A stretch of DNA of 63,845 nucleotides, counting the filler. It is 6 parts of 6 records of this genome, joined end to end, with 100 filler letters (N's around TTAATTAATTAA, not from the genome) between each part and the next. Parts side by side here need not be neighbours in the genome. Positions count along the whole stretch, not along the records: positions 13,486 to 25,687 come from SRR20825010_3168; positions 25,788 to 47,855 come from SRR20825010_3171; 4 more parts are not named here. The stretch is one strand, 5' to 3'. A program made the position numbers and the translations under genes. The notes below the pieces were generated by a model. The model was given only the letters and a program-made list of their open reading frames with translations. It was not told the origin of the DNA and did not search any database. This document shows, one piece after another, positions 19,129 through 30,357 of the stretch (the first letter of the stretch is position 1; every line of letters begins with the position of its first letter).

Positions 19129-19869
19129 TTATTGCGGCTTCCGCTTGGCATTGTACATGGCCCGGTCAGCCAGCGCCAAAGCGTCTTGCGGTTCCTGCTG
19201 ACCATCCAGCACCACGGCGCCGACCGATACAGACATTGGCACCTCCACACCATCCATCATCAAAGGATGCAGAGAAATAAGCAGACGCAAGGCTTCCGCC
19301 TTTGCATACGCACTGGGCTCGTCGCTACGCACGAGTATAACGCCGAACTCGTCGCCACCTAACCGCCCGACCACATCGGTCTCGCGCACATTTCCGCTAA
19401 CAATACCGACCAGATGCTTCAACGCCGCGTCCCCAGCCGCATGGCCGAACGTGTCATTGATCTGTTTGAAATTATCGATATCGAGATAAGCCAGCCCCGC
19501 CGGTTCGTCATAACGCCGCGCATAGGCCGTCACACGCCCTAGTTCTTGCATGAATGCACGGCGGTTAAGCACCGGCAATAACGGATCGTGGTCGGCGAGT
19601 TTCTCTGCCTCACGGATCCGTGTACGCATCTTTTCGACATCACGCCGCAACCGCTCTACTTCGGCCATCAACGACATAATCGCATCACGTACATGCGGCG
19701 TAATTTCCGCCTCTGGGATGCCCATGAAGCTCACGGCATCGGTAATTACCCGGCCCGCACCAGGCGAGGGAACAGTTGTAAAACTAGGGGATGTAACAGC
19801 ACCCTCCGCCCGTTCACGCGCCGGAGCAGGAGGAGCGGCTTCCAATGGCCTGTTGTCACCGATTTTCAT
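19129..19869 (-). CDS. Diguanylate cyclase (GGDEF) with N-terminal coiled coil
   Basis: DIDNFKQINDTFGHAAGD; RETD inhibitory site before RLGGDEF. Confidence 0.93.
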   Translation of the reverse strand: MKIGDNRPLEAAPPAPARERAEGAVTSPSFTTVPSPGAGRVITDAVSFMGIPEAEITPHVRDAIMSLMAEVERLRRDVEKMRTRIREAEKLADHDPLLPVLNRRAFMQELGRVTAYARRYDEPAGLAYLDIDNFKQINDTFGHAAGDAALKHLVGIVSGNVRETDVVGRLGGDEFGVILVRSDEPSAYAKAEALRLLISLHPLMMDGVEVPMSVSVGAVVLDGQQEPQDALALADRAMYNAKRKPQ

Positions 19870-20141
19870 GCCATACCCGATCGGCACCAATGTCCAAGCA
19901 CAACCGCACAACCAAACAGAAAGCTGGTCAACCGCGGTGCGAATCAAAGATGCCATTATTTTGAGAAAAAGGCCAGAACCCGCCATTTTGGGCTGAGTTC
20001 AATTACGTTCCGCATCAATGACCTAAATCGCCGTAACGAAATTTCTGTAATTTTGACCAAGTCCGAGTTAGAAACGCATCAATACAGACAAATTGTCAGT
20101 TTTGAAAAACTGGCCTCACCGCTAGGGAAGGTGACAGAGGA

Positions 20142-21641
20142 ATGACGATAGAACATTTCGACGTGTTGATTGTTGGTGCCGGTATTTCCGGCATAGGCGC
20201 GGCCTATCATCTGGGCGCCAACTGTCCAACCAAAAGCTATGCAATTCTAGAAGGCCGCGAAGCCATGGGTGGAACATGGGACCTGTTCCGCTACCCAGGC
20301 ATCCGTTCGGACAGCGACATGTATACGCTGGGCTACTCCTTCAAACCGTGGACCAAAGCAAAAGCTATTGCCGATGGTCCCGCAATCCTTGATTACCTGC
20401 ACGAGACAGCGCAAGAGAACAATATCGAGCGTCATATTCGCTATCGCCACATGGTCAAAAGCGCCGCATGGTCCACCGAAAACGCAGCCTGGACCGTCGA
20501 TGTCGAAATTGGCACCGAAGGCGAAGTGAAGCAATATTCCTGCAACTTCCTTTTCATGTGCTCCGGCTATTACAGCTACAAGGGCGGTTACACTCCGGAC
20601 TTTCCCGGTGCTGACAAATTTCAGGGCCGCATCGTTCACCCCCAGAAATGGACGAGCGATATCGACTACAAGAACAAGCGCGTGATTGTAATCGGTTCAG
20701 GCGCGACGGCTGTAACGCTGGTACCAGAAATGGCAAAAGACGCAGCGCATGTTACAATGCTCCAACGCTCACCCACATATGTCGTCTCCCGCCCTGCCGA
20801 AGACGAATTGGCTAACAAACTCCGTCGCTGGCTGCCTGCAAAGCTGGCCTATGGCCTGACGCGCTGGAAAAATGTGCTGTTCGGCATGTATTTCTTCCGC
20901 ATCTGCCGCACCAAACCGGAGCAAGCAAAAAACTACATCCTCGACATGGTGCGCGAGCATCTGGGCAAGGATATGGTCGAAAAGCATTTCACACCGAGCT
21001 ACAACCCATGGGATCAGCGCCTCTGCCTTGTGCCCAATGGTGATCTCTTCGACGCCATCAAATCCGATAGCGCCGATGTTGTGACCGACCATATCGACAC
21101 ATTCACGGAAAAAGGCATTTTGCTGAAATCCGGCAAAGAACTGGAAGCCGATCTGATTGTCACAGCAACAGGTCTAAAGCTCGAAGTACTGGCGGGTATA
21201 AGCGTGACAGTGGACGGCAAGCCCGTCGATTTCTCCAAGACCTTCAACTACAAGGGCATGATGTATAGCGAAGTACCGAACTTGGCCTCTTCCTTCGGCT
21301 ATACCAATGCCTCCTGGACACTGAAATGTGACCTCACCTGCGGCTATGTCTGCCGCTTGCTGAACCACATGGACAAGACCGGCAACCGTCAATGTACACC
21401 GCATCTGACCGACAATACGGTCGAGCCGGAACCATGGCTGGATTTCTCGTCAGGTTATGTCCAGCGCGCAATGGAATTTTTTCCCAAACAGGGCTCAAAG
21501 GCACCTTGGAAGCTCCATCAAAACTACGCGCTCGATATTCTGACGCTGAAACTCGGCAAGATCGAGGACGGCGCCATGGTCTTCTCCAACAAGGCCTCCG
21601 CCAAAAAGGCAGAAGCTCCGGCAAAAAAAGAAGCCGCCTGA
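20142..21641 (+). CDS. Flavin-containing Baeyer-Villiger monooxygenase, EthA-like
   Basis: [33 protein letters not shown] and GSGATA motifs. Confidence 0.92.
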   Translation: MTIEHFDVLIVGAGISGIGAAYHLGANCPTKSYAILEGREAMGGTWDLFRYPGIRSDSDMYTLGYSFKPWTKAKAIADGPAILDYLHETAQENNIERHIRYRHMVKSAAWSTENAAWTVDVEIGTEGEVKQYSCNFLFMCSGYYSYKGGYTPDFPGADKFQGRIVHPQKWTSDIDYKNKRVIVIGSGATAVTLVPEMAKDAAHVTMLQRSPTYVVSRPAEDELANKLRRWLPAKLAYGLTRWKNVLFGMYFFRICRTKPEQAKNYILDMVREHLGKDMVEKHFTPSYNPWDQRLCLVPNGDLFDAIKSDSADVVTDHIDTFTEKGILLKSGKELEADLIVTATGLKLEVLAGISVTVDGKPVDFSKTFNYKGMMYSEVPNLASSFGYTNASWTLKCDLTCGYVCRLLNHMDKTGNRQCTPHLTDNTVEPEPWLDFSSGYVQRAMEFFPKQGSKAPWKLHQNYALDILTLKLGKIEDGAMVFSNKASAKKAEAPAKKEAA

Positions 21642-21681
21642 TTGCACCGTTCATAAGCTAGGGAGCAGCATCACGCCCCCC

Positions 21682-21714
21682 TCACCCCGACCTTCGTGTC
21701 GGGGTGAACTTTTT
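21682..21714 (+). terminator. Intrinsic terminator
   Basis: TCACCCCGAC-cttcgt-GTCGGGGTGA then ACTTTTT. Confidence 0.7.
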
Positions 21715-21828
21715 CAGCAAGCCCTTCAAACCCCTGCCTTTTGCGCAAACCTTGCCAATCGGCGCACCTTGCCTATACTGCGCCGCTTTCCGCGCGCCTT
21801 TCAGGCATTTTGGGATTCGGAAAGCGTC

Positions 21829-22320
21829 ATGGCAGTTGAAGCAAAAGTCGGCATTATCATGGGAAGCCAGTCAGACTGGAAAACCATGAAGCTTGCCTCT
21901 GACGTATTAAGCGAACTGGGCGTCCCGCATGAATCACGCATTGTCTCCGCCCACCGCACCCCTGATCGCCTTTACGAATATGCGAAATCCGCAAAAGGCC
22001 GTGGCATTCAAGTTATCATCGCCGGTGCCGGTGGCGCGGCCCATTTGCCGGGCATGTGCGCAGCCATGACCCCATTGCCAGTTTTCGGTGTGCCTGTGCA
22101 GTCAAAGGCATTAAGCGGGCAGGATAGCTTACTCTCCATCGTTCAGATGCCGGGTGGCATTCCTGTCGGCACACTCGCCATCGGCGATGCAGGGGCGAAA
22201 AACGCTGGTCTGTTGGCCGCCGCCGTATTGGCGCTCTCGGATACCGCTCTGGCCGAAAGACTGGACGCATTCCGCGCTGCCCAGACCGCTTCTATTGAGT
22301 TGAGCCCTGTTGACGAATAA
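21829..22320 (+). CDS. purE: N5-CAIR mutase
   Basis: [23 protein letters not shown] and [11 protein letters not shown] motifs. Confidence 0.98.
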   Translation: MAVEAKVGIIMGSQSDWKTMKLASDVLSELGVPHESRIVSAHRTPDRLYEYAKSAKGRGIQVIIAGAGGAAHLPGMCAAMTPLPVFGVPVQSKALSGQDSLLSIVQMPGGIPVGTLAIGDAGAKNAGLLAAAVLALSDTALAERLDAFRAAQTASIELSPVDE

Positions 22321-23440
22321 GCCGGATACCTCATCGCACGTCATCGCTCCAGGCGGCCGCATCGGCATACTGGGTGGCGGTCAGCTTGGCCGTATGCTCG
22401 CTATGGCGGCAGCCGAGCTAGGCCTTGTCGCGCATATCTATTGCCCCGACACAGAAGCCCCTGCCATGGACGTTGCCGCTCATGGCACCCGCGCCGCATA
22501 TGAAGACGCAGACGCCCTCGCCCGCTTTGCCGATAGCGTCGATGTCGTAACCTATGAATTCGAGAATGTGCCCGCCGAGACGGCCCGCATTCTGGCGGAA
22601 CATGCACCGGTGCGTCCCGGCGTAACGGCACTCGCGACCGCGCAGGATCGGATCGTGGAGAAGGATTTTCTAGCCTCCCACAAAATCGCGACAGCGCCCT
22701 ATGCGGATATTCCTGATGAAGCCGCCCTTCTCGCTGCAATCGAACGCATTGGCACACCATCCATTCTAAAGACCCGCCGTTTTGGATATGACGGAAAGGG
22801 TCAGGCAAAGATAGCAACGCCTCAGGACGCAATCACCGCCTACGACGCTATCGGTCGCGCACCCGCCATCCTTGAAGGCTTCGTACCTTTCGAGCGTGAA
22901 ATCTCGGTGATTGTTGCCCGTGGAGTTAATGGCGAGACAGCTGCCTATGATCCGGTGGAAAATATCCACAAGAACCACATTCTCGACCAAAGCCTTGTGC
23001 CTGCGCGGATTGAAAAGGCGTTAGCAGACGAAGCCCGCGCCATCGCCGCCCATATCGTGGCAGATCTCGAATATGTCGGCGTGATGGGTGTAGAGCTTTT
23101 CGTTCTCCCAGAAGGTAGCTCAAGCCCCCGCCTTCTCGTTAACGAAGTCGCCCCACGTGTCCACAATTCAGGCCACTGGACACAGGATGCCTGCTGTGTG
23201 GGGCAGTTCGAACAGCACATACGGGCAATCTGCGGCTGGCCACTCGGCTCAGCCCACCGTCATAGCGACGCTGTCATGACCAACCTGATCGGCGATGATG
23301 CAAACACTTGGCAGAATCTAGCCGCACAAGCTGACACGGCAATCCATCTTTATGGAAAAAAAGAAGCCCGCCCGGGCCGAAAAATGGGCCATGCCACACG
23401 CTTGCACCCACTGAATTGCGCTCCACACACAAACCGTTAA
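22310..23440 (+). CDS. purK: N5-CAIR synthetase
   Basis: [23 protein letters not shown] and [12 protein letters not shown] motifs. Confidence 0.97.
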   Translation: MTNKPDTSSHVIAPGGRIGILGGGQLGRMLAMAAAELGLVAHIYCPDTEAPAMDVAAHGTRAAYEDADALARFADSVDVVTYEFENVPAETARILAEHAPVRPGVTALATAQDRIVEKDFLASHKIATAPYADIPDEAALLAAIERIGTPSILKTRRFGYDGKGQAKIATPQDAITAYDAIGRAPAILEGFVPFEREISVIVARGVNGETAAYDPVENIHKNHILDQSLVPARIEKALADEARAIAAHIVADLEYVGVMGVELFVLPEGSSSPRLLVNEVAPRVHNSGHWTQDACCVGQFEQHIRAICGWPLGSAHRHSDAVMTNLIGDDANTWQNLAAQADTAIHLYGKKEARPGRKMGHATRLHPLNCAPHTNR

Positions 23441-23507
23441 GCGCAATGTGCACAGACTGATTTTACCGGTAAGATAAATGCCGCTAAGAACAGGCTTGGG
23501 CAAGGGA

Positions 23508-24101
23508 ATGGGCGACTATTTTTCATCCGCAAATAACGGACAGGAGCAGACCCCCAATTCTGCAACTGATGACTGGTGCCAGATTGAAGGCTTCAGAGCT
23601 CTTTTCGACTACTGGCAGTCTTGCCGCAAAGAAAACGCCCTGCCTTTGGCCGAAAAATTCGATCTGCTCGCGCTAACACAATGGTTACCCGATATCTGGC
23701 TGATCGATGTGAAAAGTCCAACAGACATTTCTGCCCGTTTCACGGGCACAGCGATTGTGGAACGCCTTGGCACCGACATTACCCGCAAGGATGTCTTCTC
23801 GTTGCAATCCGATGAAACGCGGACACGCACGCAGGCCATCTATCTTGCGGTCGTCAACCATCCCTGCGGAGCTATATCGCGCTACTCAAATCACTACAGC
23901 ACAGGGCGATCAGGCGTTATTCGAGGATTGTTTCTACCCATGACCAACGCCTCGGGCAAAAACGAGCGCATCGTTTGCATGTCCATAAAAGAAGACGATG
24001 CCGAATACGCAACACCTGTAGAGCAAACAATTTCAGCGACAGATATCAGCCAACTCGAATGGATCGATATCGGCTTCAAGGTCCCTGATTTCAAAGGTTA
24101 G
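23508..24101 (+). CDS. PAS-like domain protein (PAS_5 type)
   Basis: LFDYW...LP...FD...RFTGT...G.DIT...HPCG pattern. Confidence 0.7.
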   Translation: MGDYFSSANNGQEQTPNSATDDWCQIEGFRALFDYWQSCRKENALPLAEKFDLLALTQWLPDIWLIDVKSPTDISARFTGTAIVERLGTDITRKDVFSLQSDETRTRTQAIYLAVVNHPCGAISRYSNHYSTGRSGVIRGLFLPMTNASGKNERIVCMSIKEDDAEYATPVEQTISATDISQLEWIDIGFKVPDFKG

Positions 24102-24108
24102 CCAATGG

Positions 24109-24798
24109 TCACGTGCGGCGATAGCGCAAGCGCCCAAGAAGCGCTAGCGGGTCCGGCAGAAATTGGCCAACCTTCTTAACGCTCGCTTTGGCTTTCTCTA
24201 TCCGCATGACATCGGCAATGCGGGCGTCAAGAAATGTCCAAGTATCTGCATAGCCTTCGCTCTCATCACCGAACCAATTGATTGTGACGGTCGAATACAC
24301 GCCAGCCAGAATGGCTCGCTTGGTATAAAAGTTGAAATCAGTCGATGTGTCCCCGACTGCTCGCCATATTGCATCAACGGTGCGGAACAACGCCCGCGGG
24401 CCGGTTGTGCCGGACAAAGGCAACGAGAGAAGAGTCACCGCACGGCGAACAGCTTCGCGCTGTTTTGCATCCACCTCGATACGCGTGCGCACACCAAGCG
24501 TAATCCGCTCGCGAATTTTGAGGCTGGCCAGATCGTATTTTGCCAAAGCCGCTTCCATTCGCCTGTCGCCATCTTCTAAAAAGCAATCGACGAGATCGGT
24601 AATGCCACCAGGAAAGGCGAGACGCATTTCGCCATGCGCCATTCCCACCGTGTCCGCAGCTTCACGCATCAGCTTTGTCGTCCAGCCGTCAAAGGCCACA
24701 TTGGGAAGCGCTGCCGCCAGCAGATCAGCCCGCAGCTTGCTCACATGATCCATGGAGGCCGATTTCGTATCTCCCGCCTTGCGAATTGTCTCAGGCAT
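24109..24798 (-). CDS. COQ9-family (rpsU-divergently transcribed) protein
   Basis: VAFDGW and DAIWRAVGDTSTDFNFYTKRA motifs; start 24798 or 24753. Confidence 0.9.
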   Translation of the reverse strand: MPETIRKAGDTKSASMDHVSKLRADLLAAALPNVAFDGWTTKLMREAADTVGMAHGEMRLAFPGGITDLVDCFLEDGDRRMEAALAKYDLASLKIRERITLGVRTRIEVDAKQREAVRRAVTLLSLPLSGTTGPRALFRTVDAIWRAVGDTSTDFNFYTKRAILAGVYSTVTINWFGDESEGYADTWTFLDARIADVMRIEKAKASVKKVGQFLPDPLALLGRLRYRRT

Positions 24799-25372
24799 CT
24801 TCCTTATCCTCTGGACCGGCGGCAACCTGTGCCGCAATTCTGTGACGCACTTCGCTCTCAAATATCAACTGACCAAGATCCGTCATGCGCTGGGGGTAAA
24901 GCACTCCATCCAAGTGATCACACTCATGTTGCACCACACGGGCATGAAAGCCTCTCGCGCGACGTTCGATGGCAACGCCATCCAGACCGACACCGCGATA
25001 GATTATCTCTGTATGTCGCGGCACAAGGCCTCTAAGCCCTGGAACAGAAAGGCATCCCTCCCAGCCATCCTCGCGCTCGCTACCAACAATCTCGATCGCG
25101 GGATTGATGAGCACCGTGAGGGCGGCTGTATGGTCGAAGGCTTCTTCTTCGTCGATCCCTTCCGGCGCCCTCTCGGGCGGTGCCTGAAAGACAACCACAC
25201 GCAATGGCACATGCACTTGTGGCGCGGCAAGGCCGGCTCCATTGGCATCGATCATGGTCTCGACCATATCCATCACCAATGTACGAATCTCCGGCGCGGT
25301 CGGATCGGACACGGGCTGGGCTACCTGTGCGAGGACGGGATGCCCCATGCGGGCTATTTTTCGTATGGTCAT
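24791..25372 (-). CDS. def: Peptide deformylase
   Basis: GAGLAAPQ, EGCLS and QHECDHLDG motifs. Confidence 0.97.
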   Translation of the reverse strand: MTIRKIARMGHPVLAQVAQPVSDPTAPEIRTLVMDMVETMIDANGAGLAAPQVHVPLRVVVFQAPPERAPEGIDEEEAFDHTAALTVLINPAIEIVGSEREDGWEGCLSVPGLRGLVPRHTEIIYRGVGLDGVAIERRARGFHARVVQHECDHLDGVLYPQRMTDLGQLIFESEVRHRIAAQVAAGPEDKEDA

Positions 25373-25591
25373 AGGCAGAATATGGCGTCAATGCTGGGTT
25401 TCGGCAACCAGCGGCAGGAGCATTTTCCTACTCCCGCGACAAAGAAACCTTATGAATCCGCCCCTTAAATCGCCGCTGGAGTGGACAAGCGCCGATTCCT
25501 TTGCTAGAAAGCGGCTCTCTCGCAAGGGGCTCCGGCCTTGTTGCGACTAACTTATTGATCCCGATAGGGAAATCCAGACAGGATTTGGCTC

Positions 25592-25687
25592 GTGCAGGTA
25601 CTCGTCCGCGATAATAACGTCGATCAGGCCATGAAGGCTCTGAAGAAGAAGCTTCAGCGCGAAGGCGTGTTCCGTGAAATGAAGCTC
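25592..25687 (+). CDS. rpsU: 30S ribosomal protein S21 (3' truncated)
   Basis: GTG start; [32 protein letters not shown]. Confidence 0.95.
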
Positions 25688-25787
25688 NNNNNNNNNNNNN
25701 NNNNNNNNNNNNNNNNNNNNNNNNNNNNNNNTTAATTAATTAANNNNNNNNNNNNNNNNNNNNNNNNNNNNNNNNNNNNNNNNNNNN
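25688..25787. other. Artificial contig linker
   Basis: N44-TTAATTAATTAA-N44. Confidence 0.99.
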
Positions 25788-25861
25788 CAGGTTCTCCGAA
25801 CCTGTGACGATTATAAAGAAGGTCTCTGTCCGCTCTTTACTTTAGTGGCCTTTGAGAGACG

Positions 25862-25886
25862 GATCCTGAGACAAGCTCAGGATGAC
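25862..25886. repeat. REP-like palindrome
   Basis: GATCCTGAG-ACAAG-CTCAGGATGAC; a second partial palindrome CAGGTT-ctccg-AACCTG-TGAC lies at the contig edge (25788-25808). Confidence 0.5.
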
Positions 25887-25933
25887 GGTTAAATTTGGCT
25901 ATTAAAACCATGAAATTAGTTGAGTATAATAGC

Positions 25934-25963
25934 AAAAAACCCTCAGCAAATTAATGCCGAGGG
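25934..25963 (-). terminator. Terminator of the TonB receptor gene
   Basis: CCCTCAGCA/TGCCGAGGG imperfect stem preceded by A6 on the + strand. Confidence 0.6.
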
Positions 25964-25994
25964 CTCTTCTAACTTACTAACTAAAAAATCTATC

Positions 25995-28451
25995 TTAAAA
26001 CTTCAAGCCTAAGGATAATAAGAAGTTAGTGCCCGCTTGAGGGTAAAGGTAATTCTCCCTTACCTCGTAATTAGCACCACCAAAGTAGCCAAAGGTGTAT
26101 CCGTTCGATTCGTATTCAACATTGAAAATATTGTTCACCAATAAATTCAGCGTAAGCTCTTTTACGAAACTCGGCTTAATGCTGTAATTCACTCTAAAAT
26201 CATTGATGAAGAAAGCATCAATCTGACGTTTTTCATTCGAAGTATTATCTAAATACTGATCACCTACATATTTAGAAAGAAGGCTCAACGACAAGCCAGA
26301 AGTTGGCTTATAAGTCAATTGACCACCTGCAATCACACTTGGAGAGTATGAAATATCGGCATCAGTATAGTTGTTTCTTACCTCGTTGTATTCGTCAAAG
26401 GCTGCACCATAATCGTACAGCACTTCTTCAAAATTCTTGATCTTATTTTCGCTTAAAGTAAGATTGGCGTTTAGCTCCAAACCTCTGATCAACTCTACCC
26501 CAGCCTGAAGTTCAATCCCCATTCTGTAACTATCGGCCACATTCGTTCTAATGCTCGATCCTACATCGTTCACCTCGCCTGTCAATACCAACTGATCTTT
26601 GTAATCCATCAAATAGTAATTCGCTTCAAAAGCAAACTTTGACTTGTTCACTCTATAGCCCACTTCAAGGTTGTTCAATTGTTCCGATTTAGGATCAGCT
26701 CCAGTCGGTGCATCAATAATGTCTGAACGGTTCGGCTCTTTGTTCGCACGCGCAAAAGAAATGTAGGCGTTTGCATTAGCGTTGAGTTGGTAAGTCAAAC
26801 CCAATTTTGGGTTGAAGAAGGAGTATTGGTTATCGAAATCGAAGGCTTTCAGATCATTGTCGTTTCCTCTGCTCGCGTAGTCTACTGTTCTTACCTGCAA
26901 GTCGCCATAGAGATTAATCTTGTCGTTGGCTTGATAGTTGACCTTTATAAAACTGTTGAAATCGTATTTTTCTGAAGTACTTTCATAATACCTGTCTCCA
27001 ATGCGGCTGTTGCTTGCATATTCGGCCCAAATAATTTCACCAAAGTGATCGCCCTTGTACTCGTTGTAAGCTCCACCAAAGTTGGCTTGCAGCTTTTCCG
27101 TTTCGTAATTCAAACCGTAAGTCACTCCGTAAAAATCATTGTCCAACCAGCGTCTTCTAATCAAATCAGTTGATTCGATAGTGGTTGCGCCTACAGTTAC
27201 ATTGTTCAATCCGTAATCTGAAAAATCTTCATCGGCTTTATATTCCTCAAAGAAACCAGCACCCTTGGTGTAGTGTAATGAAGTGTTAAAGCTCAATGGC
27301 TCATTGATCTGATGAGAAAAATGGGCTTGGTAGTGTGCTTGTCCGTAATCGTCTACTTGATTTTCGTACTCATAGAAATTGTAAGTTCTACCTGAGTTTC
27401 TAAGATTAGCGGCTTGTGCTGCGGAAAAACCATTATTGGCAATTACCGCATCGATTCCTGCGGCATCGTTCTTGATTTTTGCTTCTGGCGTTCCGTACCA
27501 ACTTTGATAAGTGCGTTCTTTACCGGCAAAAGTTATCAACTTCAGAATTGATTTTTTGCCATAATAACCTCCAGAAAGGTAATAAGAATTCAAATCAGAG
27601 GAAGCTCTGTCGATATAGCCATCTGATGAAATGTTCGATAGTCTACCTTCGAAAGCAAAGTTGTTTTCCAACAAACCAGTTTTGAACACTCCATTATACT
27701 TTTGGGTGTTGTATGAGCCCATCGAAGTGTTGATACTTGCTTCCGCATCTTGGCTCAAATTGTTGGTGGCTATGTTAATAGAACCACCAAAAGCGCCTGC
27801 GCCATTGGTGGATGTTCCCACGCCACGCTGCACTTGCACATTGTCTGTTGAAGTAGCTAAATCAGGCATGTTCACCCAAAAGGTACCCTGTGATTCAGAG
27901 TCGTTTACCGGAATACCGTTGATGGTCACGTTAATTCTGGCGCCATCGCTACCACGAATTCGAATACCTGTGTAGCCTACACCTGCACCCGCATCAGAGG
28001 TTACCACTACAGAAGGCGTCCAGTTCAGTAAAAAGGGCAGATCTTGCCCTAAATTCTGCTGCTCAATTTCTTCTTTCGATACTTCAGAAAAAGTAGTAGG
28101 AGTCTTTTCACTTGCGCGAGTTCCAGTCACCACTACCGACTCTAACTTGGTTAAATCCGATTTTAGTTTGAGGTCAAGAGTCATACTACCAACCACTTCT
28201 ACTGTTCTGCTTAAGGCAGTATAGCTGACCATACTTACCTTGACATTGTAAGTACCTGGAGGAATATTGTTCAACTCAAATTTACCTTCTGCATTTGTAG
28301 AAGTACCTTTTTGAATCGATTCAATAGTCACATTGGCACCAAAAACTGGTGATCCGGTGGCGTCATCCACAACCGTTCCTTTCAGGGAGTGTTGCGCGAA
28401 CACACCCGTTGCTGTCAGCATTAAAGCCAACGTCAAAATTAATTTTTGCAT
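25995..28451 (-). CDS. TonB-dependent receptor, probable thiamine uptake
   Basis: Signal peptide, CarboxypepD-like N-terminal domain, plug VTSDAGAGVGYTGIRIRG, C-terminal F; TPP riboswitch upstream. Confidence 0.9.
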   Translation of the reverse strand: MQKLILTLALMLTATGVFAQHSLKGTVVDDATGSPVFGANVTIESIQKGTSTNAEGKFELNNIPPGTYNVKVSMVSYTALSRTVEVVGSMTLDLKLKSDLTKLESVVVTGTRASEKTPTTFSEVSKEEIEQQNLGQDLPFLLNWTPSVVVTSDAGAGVGYTGIRIRGSDGARINVTINGIPVNDSESQGTFWVNMPDLATSTDNVQVQRGVGTSTNGAGAFGGSINIATNNLSQDAEASINTSMGSYNTQKYNGVFKTGLLENNFAFEGRLSNISSDGYIDRASSDLNSYYLSGGYYGKKSILKLITFAGKERTYQSWYGTPEAKIKNDAAGIDAVIANNGFSAAQAANLRNSGRTYNFYEYENQVDDYGQAHYQAHFSHQINEPLSFNTSLHYTKGAGFFEEYKADEDFSDYGLNNVTVGATTIESTDLIRRRWLDNDFYGVTYGLNYETEKLQANFGGAYNEYKGDHFGEIIWAEYASNSRIGDRYYESTSEKYDFNSFIKVNYQANDKINLYGDLQVRTVDYASRGNDNDLKAFDFDNQYSFFNPKLGLTYQLNANANAYISFARANKEPNRSDIIDAPTGADPKSEQLNNLEVGYRVNKSKFAFEANYYLMDYKDQLVLTGEVNDVGSSIRTNVADSYRMGIELQAGVELIRGLELNANLTLSENKIKNFEEVLYDYGAAFDEYNEVRNNYTDADISYSPSVIAGGQLTYKPTSGLSLSLLSKYVGDQYLDNTSNEKRQIDAFFINDFRVNYSIKPSFVKELTLNLLVNNIFNVEYESNGYTFGYFGGANYEVRENYLYPQAGTNFLLSLGLKF

Positions 28452-28520
28452 TTTGTAATTTTAAATGGTTCACAAACGAGGCGCCAGGGGAAGCCCCTCC
28501 TTTTTTAGTGTTTACCATAC

Positions 28521-28592
28521 CTCCCTTCGGCAGCATTACCTGCATCAGGTTCAATGGGTATAATCTCAGCCCGTTGTTATAGGGCACCCCTT
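28521..28592 (-). ncRNA. TPP riboswitch
   Basis: Reverse complement GGGGTGCCC...GGGCTGAGATTATACCCATTGAACCTGATGCAGGTAATGCTGCCGAAGGGA. Confidence 0.95.
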
Positions 28593-28601
28593 AATTCGCG
28601 A

Positions 28602-28609
28602 CAAAGGTA
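28602..28609 (-). promoter_or_regulatory. Bacteroidota -7 promoter element
   Basis: TACCTTTG (TAnnTTTG) just upstream of the TPP aptamer. Confidence 0.65.
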
Positions 28610-28622
28610 GAAGAGTTTTTAA

Positions 28623-29132
28623 TTATAGCAAGGCGCCAATTGCTTTCTTGGCTTGTTCAATTCGCGTTTTCAAATCGCCTTGCACCACAATAAAAGCTTT
28701 GTCATTGTCTTTCATTAAGTTGTGGTAGATGTCAAAAAAGTAAGACCTCATTTCAGGATGTTCACGCAATGGATCTTCCTCATAAGGAATGTCAAAATCA
28801 GTAATAATGTAAAGGTCGAAATATTGCATTTCGAGCTGATTGAGAATCCAAGGGTCGCAAACACCGTATTTATGTTCGCTCCATACCTTAATCACATGTA
28901 AGTCGGTATCACAGAAAAGCACTTCTTTGGCTTCCTTTCTTTTTTCCTTCTGGCTGTTTATTTGGCCTTTGGCTATTTCCAAAAGGTCGGATTGAACATA
29001 TGGTCGGTCAAGGTTATTCAAATATTCCCTAGCATATTCGGGCACCAAAACGGTGTTGTATTGATCTGCCAATGCCTGTGTTAAAGTGGATTTCCCTGTG
29101 CTTTCTGGGCCTATAATCGCTACTTTAATCAT
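28623..29132 (-). CDS. NadR-type AAA_28 kinase/ATPase
   Basis: GPESTGKST, PEYAREYL, FCDTD and EDPLRE motifs. Confidence 0.9.
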   Translation of the reverse strand: MIKVAIIGPESTGKSTLTQALADQYNTVLVPEYAREYLNNLDRPYVQSDLLEIAKGQINSQKEKRKEAKEVLFCDTDLHVIKVWSEHKYGVCDPWILNQLEMQYFDLYIITDFDIPYEEDPLREHPEMRSYFFDIYHNLMKDNDKAFIVVQGDLKTRIEQAKKAIGALL

Positions 29133-29775
29133 GCTGTTTTTGTGGTTGATTCATCATGGTTTTTTTCCAAGCCAAGTATCCAGCAATGGCCATACCAATG
29201 TATAAGAAGTATAGAAAAGAGTAAAAATAAAGCTCTTTATAGAAGTAAACGCCAGTAGCAATTAGGTCCACCGCAAGCCAGTAATACCAGTTGTCAATTT
29301 TTTTTCTGGCCGTTAACCACATTCCAGTTACGCTTAAAATAGATGTGGTACTGTCCCAATAAGGCAATGCTGCTGGTTGCACACCTTCAAACATGGAAGG
29401 AATATTAATTAAGAATTGACCGAAGACAAAAACACCAACAATGGTCAGTAAAAGAAATATAATACCCCGTTTAGCACTAGTATGGGTAATCAATACCTGA
29501 GGTTCTTTTTCCCCCTTCCCTTTTACCCAATAGTACCAGCCATAAATATTGAGTACAAGGAAGAATATGTGCAGAATGAAGTCTCCGTATAATCGTGCTT
29601 CCCAAAAAACAAAAAAGGAAACAATGACATAAGCAATTCCTGCGGGCCAGGTCCAGATACTTTCTTTGATTAAAAAGAGGACAGCCAGAACCCCAAAGAC
29701 CAGTCCTGAGAGCTCCCATACGCTAATTTCTTGCGCATAAGAAATGATGTCCTGCCAGATGTCGTTGAGCTGCAT
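29125..29775 (-). CDS. pnuC: PnuC-family vitamin/nucleoside transporter
   Basis: IWTWPAGI, YGWYYW, PYWDSTT and NWYYWLAVD; multiple TM segments. Confidence 0.9.
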   Translation of the reverse strand: MQLNDIWQDIISYAQEISVWELSGLVFGVLAVLFLIKESIWTWPAGIAYVIVSFFVFWEARLYGDFILHIFFLVLNIYGWYYWVKGKGEKEPQVLITHTSAKRGIIFLLLTIVGVFVFGQFLINIPSMFEGVQPAALPYWDSTTSILSVTGMWLTARKKIDNWYYWLAVDLIATGVYFYKELYFYSFLYFLYIGMAIAGYLAWKKTMMNQPQKQHD

Positions 29776-29836
29776 GTCGTCAAAGATATAATTTTGTGGT
29801 ATATTTCGTTTGTTGATTTTAAACAGAATGGAGATC

Positions 29837-30355
29837 ATGAAAGCGATTATTATGTTAATGGTGATTCTCATTGCCTTCCCATTGGTGATGAACGGGCAAG
29901 AGACGGAATACAATGTTGAGACAGAAAGTGTGTCGACTCGTGTAGATAAAATATTGAATGGGCCTATCACCAAAGAAGGACTACAGCAAATGCCCTATAA
30001 GCTCTGGTTCAATACCAATTATAAGACCTACAGGGTTAACACAGAATTGCTTAAAGACGCCAAGAAAAAGAACATCAAAAATCTAAAAATACTTGCCTTT
30101 ATGGGCACATGGTGTCATGACAGTAACCGAGAAATACCTCGTTTAATGCGGATTATGGACAATATGGGAATTGGAGACCAATTGGAACTATATGCGCTAG
30201 ATGTAGATAAAACAAGCTTGAAGGAAAAGGAAAAAGGCTTCGATATTAAGAATACGCCTACTATCATTTTTTATTTGAATGGAGAGGAAGTAAAGCGAGT
30301 GATTGAAGAGCCCGAAGGTTCATTTGAAGAGGAGTTGGTTCGTATTTTAAAATAG
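29837..30355 (+). CDS. Exported thioredoxin-family protein (CxxS)
   Basis: Signal peptide; GTWCHDS; TPTIIF. Confidence 0.85.
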   Translation: MKAIIMLMVILIAFPLVMNGQETEYNVETESVSTRVDKILNGPITKEGLQQMPYKLWFNTNYKTYRVNTELLKDAKKKNIKNLKILAFMGTWCHDSNREIPRLMRIMDNMGIGDQLELYALDVDKTSLKEKEKGFDIKNTPTIIFYLNGEEVKRVIEEPEGSFEEELVRILK

Positions 30356-30357
30356 CC

